A stretch of 41,240 nucleotides of DNA from an uncultured Clostridia bacterium (GCA_944359385.1 CALVSU010000001.1:1-41240), one strand, 5' to 3'. Shown: positions 20,174 to 29,558, numbered from the stretch's first letter. Notes: generated from the sequence alone by a model not told the origin. Numbers and translations are program-made.

Positions 20174-20210
20174 AAAAACGCCCCGAAAGCGATCGCTTTC
20201 GGGGCATTTC
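20174..20210 (-). terminator. intrinsic terminator of the large surface protein gene
   Basis: GCCCCGAAAGC-GATC-GCTTTCGGGGC inverted repeat (20180-20205) with A-tract 20174-20178 (U-tail on the - strand). Confidence 0.85.
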
Positions 20211-20238
20211 ATTGTTTTGTTGTTACGGCTGAAACAAA

Positions 20239-23200
20239 TTATTTGTTTTCGTCGTCAGTCTTGTTTTCTTCCGAGTTTTCCTCTGTTGCCGAAGCATCAC
20301 TGTCGCCGTTTTCTTCGGTATCGGAGTTTTCTTCTTCCGCAGATTCGACTCTGTAAAGCTCTTCCGTGTCGATCTCGTCTTCATCGGGGAGAACGTCGGC
20401 TGCGCCTTCGTCTTTGTCTTCTTCCGCTTCAGCAAGTTTCAGTTTTCTGATATAGCGGGTGCGCTTTGCGTCGTACTGAGAAGTATGGCGTTTGTTGCGC
20501 TTGATGTTGGAAAGCAGCTTCTTGATGAGCATGGAGAGGAGCGTCAGGAAGAGAGCCGCGGCGAGCACGATCGAGGGGATAAGGAGCCACAGGTTTGCCG
20601 GGTTTCCGTTATCTGTCGTTGTATCCGTCGTATCGTCGTCCGTATCCGAAGTACTCGTCGATACGGCGATCTCGCTCGCGCCGTAATTCACGAAGGTGTT
20701 ATATTCGATAAAGCCGTTTGTATCTCCGTTGTATTTCAGGAATGCGACCGTGTCCGAATAGCTCGAAGCGGTATAGTCGGCATACGGATCGCTCTCTCTT
20801 GTTTCCGGCGCGCTGTCTTCGTCGTAGGAAGCGTAATCTTTGCTGTCAAACAGGGAGAAGTGGTAATACATCAAAGAAGTTTCTGCATCGCTCGAACCGA
20901 TGAATGCGGAAGCATCTTCGCGGTAAGCTTTTTTGATCGCGTCGAGCGTCGTGTAGTTGGTGCCGAAGGCGCCGTCTTCACCGAGACCGAGCAGGGCTTC
21001 TTCGAGCATTTCCGTGAAGCTCGTCGAATCCAGCGTTTCATAGCTCACTTTGTCGAAGATGACATAGCTTTCAGCAGCCATCTTGTCCGAACCGTCGCGG
21101 GAGCCGTTCCAGACTTCCAAACGGTAAGTCTTCGCTTCATTGCCCGAGGCAAGGAAGAAGTTGACATAGATCCACTGATTTGCGTTTTCGCTCGTGCCTT
21201 CGATGACCTGAACGAGTTCTTTGCCCGTTTCTGCCGCCTGCAGGGTAGCCGCGGCGAGTTTGTCCGCGTCGACGCCTGCCTGCGTGAAGTCTTTTACCTG
21301 AACGCTGTAGACGTCTTTGTCTTCGTCGTAATACCTGTAATAATTCTCGCCGTTCTTGTAGTAGACGACATTGTCGCTCGAATCGACGAGGTTGCCGTCT
21401 TCGTCCGTTTCATAGTTTGCGAGGTTTGCGAAGTAGGTGTCGCCCGTATGCTTTTCGGTTGTGGACCACAGGCCGTTGTCCTGTTTGTAGAAGAGGGTAT
21501 CCGTCTTCGCGTTGAAAGCCTTGTCTTCGGGATCCACGGTCACGACGTTTCCGTCTTCGTCATACATATAGGAAACGCCGGAAGTGTATTTGAGGTTTTC
21601 GGTATATTTCGTTTCCGTATCGTCGTCGGAGGAAGCATCGATGAGATAGATATAAGCTTTCGCGCCTTCGCTGAGCTTGACGCGCAGATTGACCTGTGCA
21701 TACGAAGAGGAGCTCAGCGAGCTTTCTGCGCCGACAAAGCCGTAAGAGTTGACCGCTTCCGCGAGGGAATTCACGATGAAGAGGGGTTGAGTGCTGTCTT
21801 TGCCGACGACGGTATTCCACCAGTTGTCTTTGTCGAGTGCAGGCGTGTAACTGCTGACGACCGTCTGCAACCATGCAGGTGCGCCCGTGTTGTCACCGTC
21901 GCCCCGGTAGTTGGCGCTGTATTTCTTGTTGAGAAGGCCTGCTTCGGCGTATTCGTTCACGCCTGTTTTGAGCTCGGAACCGCCGACATATTTGGAATTG
22001 CCGTACACGCCCGAATAGTTGCGCAGGTTTGCAAATCCGCTTTCGATCGCTGCGGAACCTTCCGTGCTCCCCGCATAGGCGGCGTCGTCGAACACGACGG
22101 TGGAATCGCTGTTGATCGGGCTGCCGACGAGGGAAACTTTCACGGCATATGTTCCCGTAGAGGCGAGAGAAAGTTCTTCGCTTTCGAGATAGGAGTATTC
22201 AAATCCCGTGAACGCCGCATAGCCGTCTCTGTAAGAGGAGAGGGTGGTGTCGGCGATCGAAGCGGGACCGAAGTTGAATTTCAGCGTAAAGGTGATTTTG
22301 TCGAGGTCAGTGTCGTTGGAAACGTACAGATAGCACTGCTGCCAGCCGTCAAAGATGTCTTCCTGTTTTCCGTTGTCGTCTTTGAGATCGATCGCCGTGA
22401 GAGTGGTCGTATCGACGGAGCCGATCGCCGTTTCTGTCTCGGAATCGACAAGGGTGACAGTTGCGCCCGTGCCGCCGCCCAGCTCGGAGGTTTTGACCCA
22501 GAAGCGGATCATCACCGCGTCGTCTTTGGCGACGGTGAACAGATTTGCGGCGGAGACGTTTGCGTTTGCAAGCGTTGCGGTGTAGGGGGCGCCTGCGCCG
22601 CTGTAAAGCATCAGATATTGTGCATCCGTTCCGAACAGGGATTCCGCTTTTTCAAAATCTTTTTGCACGGATGCGTCGTAAGCACCTTCCGCGAGGATGT
22701 TGGAGACGGATTTGACGCCCGACCTTGTCGCGTCGCCGCTGTCGCGCAGGAGCGCCGCGTCCGCCGCGCCCAGATAGTTATCGAGCGTGTAGGTCTTGCC
22801 GTTTTTGACCTGCGTGGTTTCTTTGACGGTGACGCCGCTGAGCGTAAAGGCGTTCACGTCGTTGCTGAACGTATCGAGATCGAGTGCGAATTTCTTATAG
22901 GATGAAGAGATCGAGTCGATCTTCATCGCACCGTCGGAATAAATGTCGAGAGCGTAATTCTGAATGTCGCTCGCCGCGGTCGCCGTGTCGTATTCGGCGG
23001 CGGTCATGACTTCATATTTCAGATCGTCGAAGAAAGCGTACCCTTGGACGTATTCGTAATTGGAATCGGAAACGTTGGTCGTCCTGCCCAGGCCGAGGTT
23101 GACGGTGAACGTCGTTGCGGCATAAGAGGACGCTTTGAGATATACGGTGTACTGTACCCAGCCGTTGTCGCTGTTCGCGGCATTGATCTTTTCCGTGTCG

Positions 23201-23976
23201 ATGTTCTTGATGACGAGGGGATCCTGCGTGGAGCCGCCGACTGTATTGGTGATCTCCACATAGGCGCCTCTGTTGCCGTCGACGGGGGTGTTGTCGTTAT
23301 AGGTGAGCCCGTATGTCTTTACCCAGACGGAAACCATGACTGCAGAGCCTGCCTGCACGGTGATGGAAGAAGCCGCGTATTTTGCCGCGGTGCCGTTGCC
23401 GTTCGAGCGGTAGTTGTGGAGCATGAGCACGTGCGTGCCGTTCTCTTCCTCTTCTTCCGCGGTAAAATGGGTTCCGGGATTTACTGCGTCGATCTCGGCG
23501 GCAGAGATGTTTTCATAGGTGATCGCATCGTCATCGTCGCCGCGTTTGGCGTCGGCCATGTCCCAGCCGGGAACGTCATAATCGCTGTCGATGTCGGTAT
23601 AATATTCATCGGGCTGGTCTTCCGTGTTGTCTTCGTCCTGCTGTTTTTCGTATTCCGTTCTCGCATAGACAAATTTTTCTCCCCAGTTCACGGAAGTGTC
23701 GACAATGCCGGATTTGGAGAGGGAAGTGCTGCCTTGCGTGGAAGAAGTCCAGCTGTCGGGAGAGGCGATGAGGTATGCGCCGTCGCTGTCGTCGAAATAT
23801 TCGAAATCTCCGTTGGCAAAGGTTTGCGTATCCGTCTTCTTTTCCGTTTCCTCTTCCTCTTCGGAAGAAGATCCCGAACAAGCGGAGAAGATGAGCGCGC
23901 AGGACGCGATCATCATGACGAAAGCCAGAATCCAGGTCGTGATTCTCAGTTTGCCAAGTTGTCTGATTTTTGCCAT
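20239..23976 (-). CDS. large acidic cell-surface protein: lipoprotein-type signal, three CBM4/9-like beta-sandwich repeats, C-terminal TM and acidic tail
   Basis: Basic N-terminus, hydrophobic core, FSAC lipobox; NGDFE; three (V/F/L)(W/R)VK...W......F repeats; TM LWLLIPSIVLAAALFLTLLSMLI followed by KK. Start at ATG 23976 after AGGTG. Confidence 0.75.
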   Translation of the reverse strand: MAKIRQLGKLRITTWILAFVMMIASCALIFSACSGSSSEEEEETEKKTDTQTFANGDFEYFDDSDGAYLIASPDSWTSSTQGSTSLSKSGIVDTSVNWGEKFVYARTEYEKQQDEDNTEDQPDEYYTDIDSDYDVPGWDMADAKRGDDDDAITYENISAAEIDAVNPGTHFTAEEEEENGTHVLMLHNYRSNGNGTAAKYAASSITVQAGSAVMVSVWVKTYGLTYNDNTPVDGNRGAYVEITNTVGGSTQDPLVIKNIDTEKINAANSDNGWVQYTVYLKASSYAATTFTVNLGLGRTTNVSDSNYEYVQGYAFFDDLKYEVMTAAEYDTATAASDIQNYALDIYSDGAMKIDSISSSYKKFALDLDTFSNDVNAFTLSGVTVKETTQVKNGKTYTLDNYLGAADAALLRDSGDATRSGVKSVSNILAEGAYDASVQKDFEKAESLFGTDAQYLMLYSGAGAPYTATLANANVSAANLFTVAKDDAVMIRFWVKTSELGGGTGATVTLVDSETETAIGSVDTTTLTAIDLKDDNGKQEDIFDGWQQCYLYVSNDTDLDKITFTLKFNFGPASIADTTLSSYRDGYAAFTGFEYSYLESEELSLASTGTYAVKVSLVGSPINSDSTVVFDDAAYAGSTEGSAAIESGFANLRNYSGVYGNSKYVGGSELKTGVNEYAEAGLLNKKYSANYRGDGDNTGAPAWLQTVVSSYTPALDKDNWWNTVVGKDSTQPLFIVNSLAEAVNSYGFVGAESSLSSSSYAQVNLRVKLSEGAKAYIYLIDASSDDDTETKYTENLKYTSGVSYMYDEDGNVVTVDPEDKAFNAKTDTLFYKQDNGLWSTTEKHTGDTYFANLANYETDEDGNLVDSSDNVVYYKNGENYYRYYDEDKDVYSVQVKDFTQAGVDADKLAAATLQAAETGKELVQVIEGTSENANQWIYVNFFLASGNEAKTYRLEVWNGSRDGSDKMAAESYVIFDKVSYETLDSTSFTEMLEEALLGLGEDGAFGTNYTTLDAIKKAYREDASAFIGSSDAETSLMYYHFSLFDSKDYASYDEDSAPETRESDPYADYTASSYSDTVAFLKYNGDTNGFIEYNTFVNYGASEIAVSTSTSDTDDDTTDTTTDNGNPANLWLLIPSIVLAAALFLTLLSMLIKKLLSNIKRNKRHTSQYDAKRTRYIRKLKLAEAEEDKDEGAADVLPDEDEIDTEELYRVESAEEENSDTEENGDSDASATEENSEENKTDDENK

Positions 23977-24052
23977 ATAAAACACCTATACTGAAATTAA
24001 GAATTTTAACCGTACTCTTGCATTTGTGTAAAATCCAAAATCGTACTATCTT

Positions 24053-24081
24053 ATTCTAATATAAAAGCCGATTAAAAGCAA
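24053..24081 (-). promoter_or_regulatory. sigmaA promoter for the large surface protein
   Basis: TTGCTT (24081-24076), 17 nt, TAGAAT (24058-24053). Confidence 0.6.
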
Positions 24082-24172
24082 GCGATAACGGTTAAAAAAA
24101 CGTGAAAATTAAATTATTTTTCATCATTTGCGGCAAACTGTCTTTTAAAATGAAAGGAAAAGGAGAGCGTTC

Positions 24173-24535
24173 ATGCATATGCGGAAAGATAAATTTGTTC
24201 TCGGTGCTGGAGGTCTGCTGACGGGCGCGGTCAACGGGCTTTTCGGCGGGGGCGGGGGGATGATCGTCGTTCCGTTCCTGACCGCGGTCGCGAAAAAGCC
24301 GCCGCTTTCCGCCCACGCGACGGCGATCCTCGTCATTCTGCCCGTCAGCCTCGTGAGCGGTATATTTTATCTGATCAACGGCTATTTTGACGCGGAAATG
24401 TTTGTCGCAATTTCCGCGGGCGTCACGTTCGGCGGCTTTTTAGGGGCGCGTGCGCTCAATTTGCTGTCGGCGGGTGAGGCGACGGTCATTTTTGCGGCAG
24501 TTATGTTCGCGGCGGGCATCCGCATGATTTTTTAA
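24173..24535 (+). CDS. TauE/SafE (TSUP) family half-size membrane protein
   Basis: NGLFGGGGGMIVVP, AHATA, GGFLGA; about 4 TM. AAGGAG RBS. Confidence 0.82.
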   Translation: MHMRKDKFVLGAGGLLTGAVNGLFGGGGGMIVVPFLTAVAKKPPLSAHATAILVILPVSLVSGIFYLINGYFDAEMFVAISAGVTFGGFLGARALNLLSAGEATVIFAAVMFAAGIRMIF

Positions 24536-24687
24536 TGTGTTCGGATCATCGCGGCGATACGGACAGTGTGTCTGACGAGCCGGTCAGAGCGTCGTTTTTG
24601 TCGTCTGCCGCCTGCCGCGGCTGCGTTTCAGCCGACGCCTTTTCCAAGGCAAAGTATCGGTTTTTTTGAAGGATAAAGGGAGGTCGT

Positions 24688-25107
24688 ATGCGATTTTTGA
24701 TCTATGTTGCCGCAGGTGTGCTCGGCGGCGTGCTCGGGGGTATGGGCATGGGCGGCGGCACCGTGCTGATTCCTATATTGACTATCTTCTGCGGGGTGGA
24801 ACAGCATCTGGCGCAATCGGTGAACCTGGTCTCGTTTCTGCCGATGGCGCTCTTTTCCCTGAAAGTGCACTTTTCCAACGGGCTGGTGGACACGAAGGGG
24901 ATACTTTGGCTGATCTTGCCCGCCGTGGTTTTGTCCGCGCTGGGCGGATTTTTTGTGAAGGAATTGTCGGGGGAGGCGCTTCGCGTTTCTTTCGGGGTGT
25001 TTTTGTGTCTGCTTGCCGTGTGGCAGGCGTATGCGGGAGCAAAGCAGATCGCACAGAGAAAAAAGACGGGCGGTTCGGGGAACCGTGAGAGCCCGGAAGA
25101 TGCCTGA
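24688..25107 (+). CDS. TauE/SafE (TSUP) family half-size membrane protein
   Basis: GMGMGGGTVLIP, QHLAQSVNL; about 4 TM. GGAGG RBS. Confidence 0.82.
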   Translation: MRFLIYVAAGVLGGVLGGMGMGGGTVLIPILTIFCGVEQHLAQSVNLVSFLPMALFSLKVHFSNGLVDTKGILWLILPAVVLSALGGFFVKELSGEALRVSFGVFLCLLAVWQAYAGAKQIAQRKKTGGSGNRESPEDA

Positions 25108-25133
25108 ATTTATACGAATTTGTTTTGATATCC

Positions 25134-25162
25134 TTTACAATTTTTTCAAATCATGATAAAAT
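25134..25162 (+). promoter_or_regulatory. sigmaA promoter of the rnf operon
   Basis: TTTACA 25134-25139, 17 nt, TGaTAAAAT (-10 at 25157-25162). Confidence 0.65.
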
Positions 25163-25219
25163 TTTACTGTTGTATCACACCCTGAACGGTGCGAGCGAGT
25201 ATCTATGGGAGGCAGAGTT

Positions 25220-26539
25220 TTGTTTACTTTTGCAAACGGGGTCCATCCGAAAGGCTGCAAGGAGCTTTCCGCGGGATCCGGGATCGGGCGCGGGCCCGAG
25301 CCGAAGAATGTATACGTGCCGCTGTCGCAGCACATCGGCGCCCCTGCGGTGCCCGTCGTGGAAGCGGGGGAGCGCGTTTTGTGCGGCCAGCTGATCGCAA
25401 AGGCGGCGGCGGGGCTTTCGGCGAATGTATATTCTCCCGTTTCGGGAACGATAAAAGGGGTCGTCGGGCACATTACGCTCTCGGGCAAAAAGAAAAATCA
25501 CATACTGATCGAAAATGATTTTCTGGAAGAGAAGACTTTTCTTCCGCACATGGAAGAGATCACGGGAGAAAGCGTGCTGGCGCGCATTGCAGAGGCGGGT
25601 ATCGTCGGCATGGGCGGCGCTGCGTTTCCCACGGCGGCGAAGCTGAACGTGCAGGGCAAAAACGTGGATTTTCTCGTGGTGAACGGCGCCGAATGCGAGC
25701 CGTACATCACCTGCGATTACCGTATCATGCTCGAATACGCGCAGGAATTTCTGCAAGGGGTGCGTTATTGCATGCTTGCGGCGGGGGTAAAGCGCGCGGT
25801 GATCGGCATAGAGGACAATAAAAAGGACGCGATCGCAAAGCTTTCTTCGCTCGCGGGGGACGGCGTCGCGGTAAAGGCGCTGAAAACCAAGTATCCGCAA
25901 GGCTCCGAAAAACAGCTCGTGTACAGCTGTCTGAAACGGGTGATTCCCGAAAACAAACTGCCGGCGGACGCGGGGGTGGTCGTTGTCAACGTGCATACGG
26001 CGCTCGCTGTGTATAAAGCGGTGGCGGAGGACACGCCCTGTTACGAACGTGTGATGACGGTGAGCGGAAAAGCCGTTGCGACCCCGAAAAATATCTGGGT
26101 GAAAAACGGCACGCTCTATCGCGACGTCGCGGCGTTTTGCGGCGCCGACGAGAACTGTGCGCGCATCGTTTCGGGCGGGCCGCTGATGGGCGAGCCCGTC
26201 TTTTCGCTCAAAGTCTGCACGGGGAAGGGGACTTCGTCCCTGCTGTTTCTGGACGAAAGCGAGTGCGAGAGCAAGAATGCGGAGCCGTGCATCGGCTGCG
26301 GCAGGTGCGTGCAGGCATGCCCGATGGGGCTTTCGCCCGTGTTCATCGAGCGTGCTTTGTTCGATAAAAATTATGAAGAAGCGGAGGCATACGGCGCGGC
26401 ATACTGCATCGGCTGCGGGTGCTGTTCCTATGTCTGCCCCGCAAAGCGGTTCCTCGTGCAGAGCGTGAAACTCGCAAAGAAAGAGGTGCGCGCGCGCGCG
26501 GACAAAAAAAGGCGGGAGGCGGAGAAAAAGAATGGCTGA
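25220..26539 (+). CDS. rnfC: Rnf complex subunit C
   Basis: GVHP, QHIGAPA, GIVGMGGAAFPT, NGAECEPYITCD, KYPQGSEK, GGPLMG, two CxxCxxCxxxCP clusters. TTG 25220 follows GGAGG; the track start is ATG 25205. Confidence 0.95.
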   Translation: MFTFANGVHPKGCKELSAGSGIGRGPEPKNVYVPLSQHIGAPAVPVVEAGERVLCGQLIAKAAAGLSANVYSPVSGTIKGVVGHITLSGKKKNHILIENDFLEEKTFLPHMEEITGESVLARIAEAGIVGMGGAAFPTAAKLNVQGKNVDFLVVNGAECEPYITCDYRIMLEYAQEFLQGVRYCMLAAGVKRAVIGIEDNKKDAIAKLSSLAGDGVAVKALKTKYPQGSEKQLVYSCLKRVIPENKLPADAGVVVVNVHTALAVYKAVAEDTPCYERVMTVSGKAVATPKNIWVKNGTLYRDVAAFCGADENCARIVSGGPLMGEPVFSLKVCTGKGTSSLLFLDESECESKNAEPCIGCGRCVQACPMGLSPVFIERALFDKNYEEAEAYGAAYCIGCGCCSYVCPAKRFLVQSVKLAKKEVRARADKKRREAEKKNG

Positions 26540-28355
26540 GATCAATCAATATAAAGTTGCCTGTTCCCCGCACAAGCTGGACGGCGCGACGACGCGGAGA
26601 GTGATGCTCGACGTCCTGATCGCCCTGTTGCCTTGTCTGGTGTGCGGCGTTGTCTTTTTCGGGCTGTACGCGCTGATGCTGGTCGTTATTTGCGTCGCCG
26701 CGTGTTTTGCGAGCGAACAGGTCTACAACCTCATCCGCAAAAAACCGTTCACGACCGATCTTTCCGCGCTCGTGACGGGCGTGATCCTCGGGCTGAATCT
26801 CCCGCCCCGCGCGCCGTGGTATATTCCCGTCGTCGGCGGCGTGTTTGCGATCGTCATCGTGAAAATGCTGTTCGGCGGGCTGGGAAAGAATTTTGCGAAC
26901 CCCGCGGCGGCAGGGCGCGTGTTTTTGCTGCTCGCATACGGGAGCGCGATGACTTCCTTTATAGGCGCGGACATTGCAGGAAATATCCTTTCGGCGGACG
27001 TGACGACGGGCGCGACTTATTTAGGCGGCGGCGTCGGTGCGCTTGCCGACGGTTTTCTCGGCGCCGAAGGGTATTGGGGCTATGTTTTGCAGCTTTTTCT
27101 CGGAAAAGTCGGCGGCAGTATCGGTGAAACGAGCGCGCTCGCAGTCCTGATCGGCGGCGGATATCTCATTGCCCGCAGGGTCATCGATTGGCGCATTCCG
27201 CTCGTCTACCTGCTTACGGCGGCGGCAATGGCGCTGCTGTGTTACGGAAGCGCAAACGAGATCCTGCTCCAGCTCTTTTCGGGCGGTCTCATGTTCGGCG
27301 CATTCTTTATGGCGACCGATTATGCGACCTCTCCGAAATGGAAATACAATCGCGTTCTCTATGCGTTCGGCTTGGGTGTGATCACGGTCTTGATCAGGCG
27401 TTTCGGCTCTTATCCCGAGGGGACGTCTCTCGCGATCCTGTTCATGAATCTGCTCGTCCCGGCGATGGACAGGTTCCTCGTGCCCGTGCGGTTCGGTCAG
27501 ACAACGAAAAAAGGCGCTCCTAAACCGCAGGTCATGAAATGGGCGATGCGCGGGCTTTGTCTTGTCCTCGCGCTCGCGATCGCAGTGGCGGCGCCGCTCG
27601 TCTCCTATACGGAAGTGGCTTTTTATAAAGGGGATTACGCGTATATCCAAAGCGTGTCTCGTGATTTTTCGGGGAAATACGTCTTTGACGTAAAAGGCAC
27701 TGCAGAACTTGGCAAATTCAGTCAGCCGCTCGAATACGAAATACAGGCAGACGCGAAAAGCCAAAAGGTTGTCGGCATCCGCCCGATCACGCAAAGCACG
27801 AAAGGATATGTCGCAGAACTTTCTTTCTTCGAGGGAAAGACGTACGATGAGATCGTCGCGCTGAAAGATCTTTCTACGGACGCACAGACGAGCGCGACTT
27901 ATACAAACATTGCACTGAAAAACATGATCGTGGAGTGTTTCTCCGCCCTCGATTTCGAACTGGGCAAATATACGGATCTTGTTTTGCAGGAAGAATACAC
28001 CTATATCTCCGGCGCTGAAAGAAGCGGGGCGAAGCTTCGCTTCACGGTAAGCGGGCAGGCAGATCTTTCCTCGCCTTCCCGTCCTTATTTCCAGCAGCTC
28101 GAATACGTCGTCACGATCGAAAACGGCAGAGTGAAATATATTCAGACGGTAACGGAGAGCACGAAGGGGTATACGGTCGACAGAGCGCTCTTCCTCGGAA
28201 AAACGTATGAAGACATCCTTGCCATGACGGAAGAAGGGATCCGTGCGGATGGCACGACGGGCGCGACGATCACGAACGTCAAGGTGAGAGATATGCTCCT
28301 CGAATGCTTTGAGAGCGAATGTTTTGCTTCGGCGGCGGGAGGTGAACAAGTATGA
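26532..28355 (+). CDS. rnfD: Rnf subunit D fused to an extra TM and two FMN-binding (RnfG-like) domains
   Basis: SPH, KMLFGGLGKNFANPA, DVTTGAT, GGSIGETS, FFMATDY, YPEG; about 250-aa C-terminal extension with DAQTSAT and DGTTGAT. Confidence 0.92.
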   Translation: MAEINQYKVACSPHKLDGATTRRVMLDVLIALLPCLVCGVVFFGLYALMLVVICVAACFASEQVYNLIRKKPFTTDLSALVTGVILGLNLPPRAPWYIPVVGGVFAIVIVKMLFGGLGKNFANPAAAGRVFLLLAYGSAMTSFIGADIAGNILSADVTTGATYLGGGVGALADGFLGAEGYWGYVLQLFLGKVGGSIGETSALAVLIGGGYLIARRVIDWRIPLVYLLTAAAMALLCYGSANEILLQLFSGGLMFGAFFMATDYATSPKWKYNRVLYAFGLGVITVLIRRFGSYPEGTSLAILFMNLLVPAMDRFLVPVRFGQTTKKGAPKPQVMKWAMRGLCLVLALAIAVAAPLVSYTEVAFYKGDYAYIQSVSRDFSGKYVFDVKGTAELGKFSQPLEYEIQADAKSQKVVGIRPITQSTKGYVAELSFFEGKTYDEIVALKDLSTDAQTSATYTNIALKNMIVECFSALDFELGKYTDLVLQEEYTYISGAERSGAKLRFTVSGQADLSSPSRPYFQQLEYVVTIENGRVKYIQTVTESTKGYTVDRALFLGKTYEDILAMTEEGIRADGTTGATITNVKVRDMLLECFESECFASAAGGEQV

Positions 28356-28897
28356 GCGCAAAAGTGAAGACCATGATCCAATGCATCGCCGTGCTCGCGT
28401 GCATTGCGCTTGTCAGCGGGTTGTTGCTCGGCGCGGTAAACATCTTTACCTACGTCGATCCCTTGCAGTCGACGTTGGACGGTTTCCGCGAGGACAGCGG
28501 CGCGGAAGGGGAGTTTACGATGATCGTGGACGAAAAGACGGCGGTGGACGGTTCGCAGGGAAGCATCGTCTATTATGCGAGATCGACGGACGGTGTGCAC
28601 GCGTTTCTCGCGAGCGCGGTGAGCGGATACGGCGGTGAGTTCCAGCTCTACGTGTACATCCGCGACGGCAAGATCTATAAGATCGTTACGGGAACGAACG
28701 GTGACACTTTTGTCTATAAATTGGATGACGCGGATTATTATTCGAATTTTATCGGGAAGGACCTGTCTTCGCTGGACACGCTGTCCGTGGATAAGGTTTC
28801 GAGTGCGACGCATACCTCGGAAGCGGTGAAAAACGCTGTCGACGCGGCGGTGAAATATTACAACGCGAACGTGGCGGGAGGGGAGAACAATGGATAA
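28352..28897 (+). CDS. rnfG: Rnf subunit G (FMN-binding)
   Basis: N-terminal TM, GYGGE, DKVSSATHTS flavinylation motif. Located between rnfD and rnfE. Confidence 0.85.
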   Translation: MSAKVKTMIQCIAVLACIALVSGLLLGAVNIFTYVDPLQSTLDGFREDSGAEGEFTMIVDEKTAVDGSQGSIVYYARSTDGVHAFLASAVSGYGGEFQLYVYIRDGKIYKIVTGTNGDTFVYKLDDADYYSNFIGKDLSSLDTLSVDKVSSATHTSEAVKNAVDAAVKYYNANVAGGENNG

Positions 28898-29558
28898 AAG
28901 AAAATGCAAAGAGACGCTTCTCGGCGGTCTCATCAAGAACAATCCGACGTTTGTGCTCGTGCTCGGCACCTGTCCTACGATCGCGATGACGACGAGCCTT
29001 TTTCAGGCGTTTGCCATGGGTGTGGCGACGACCTTCGTGCTTATCTTTTCCAATTTGTTTGTCAGCCTTCTGCGCAACCTCATCCCCGATAAAGTGCGTA
29101 TCCCGTGCTATATCGTGATCATTTCGACGTTTGTCATCATTGTGCAGATGGTCATGCAGAAGTTTATGCCCGATCTTTATGATACGATGAAAGCGTTTAT
29201 CGCGCTCATCGTTGTCAACTGCATCATACTTGCGCGTGCAGAGAGCTTCGCTTCCTGCAACAAACCGCTTTACAGTATGCTGGACGGCGTTTCCATCGGG
29301 CTTGGGTTCACGGGCGCGCTCTGCCTGATCGGCATCGTGCGCGAATTGCTTGCGGGCGGCGCCTTTGCGGGCATGAAGATCCCCGGCTTCCCCGCGATGG
29401 ACAGCGTGGGGGCGAGCGCGTTCGGGTTCATCGTGTTCGGGTGCATGATGGCGCTTTTTAATTTCGTCCTGCAAAAGATCTCCGAGAAAAAGGAGAAGAT
29501 CAGGCATTCCGTCCTGCCGCTTGAAGCGGTTACGGGTTCCAAGGAGGTGGCGAGATGA
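28890..29558 (+). CDS. rnfE: Rnf subunit E
   Basis: NNP...LGTCP, VRIP, LIVVNCIILARAE, GIVRE. Confidence 0.95.
   Translation: MDKRKCKETLLGGLIKNNPTFVLVLGTCPTIAMTTSLFQAFAMGVATTFVLIFSNLFVSLLRNLIPDKVRIPCYIVIISTFVIIVQMVMQKFMPDLYDTMKAFIALIVVNCIILARAESFASCNKPLYSMLDGVSIGLGFTGALCLIGIVRELLAGGAFAGMKIPGFPAMDSVGASAFGFIVFGCMMALFNFVLQKISEKKEKIRHSVLPLEAVTGSKEVAR

Noticed and set aside
24535-24669. About 44-aa ORF between the two TauE halves
   Set aside because: No RBS or recognisable motif, so it cannot be supported.
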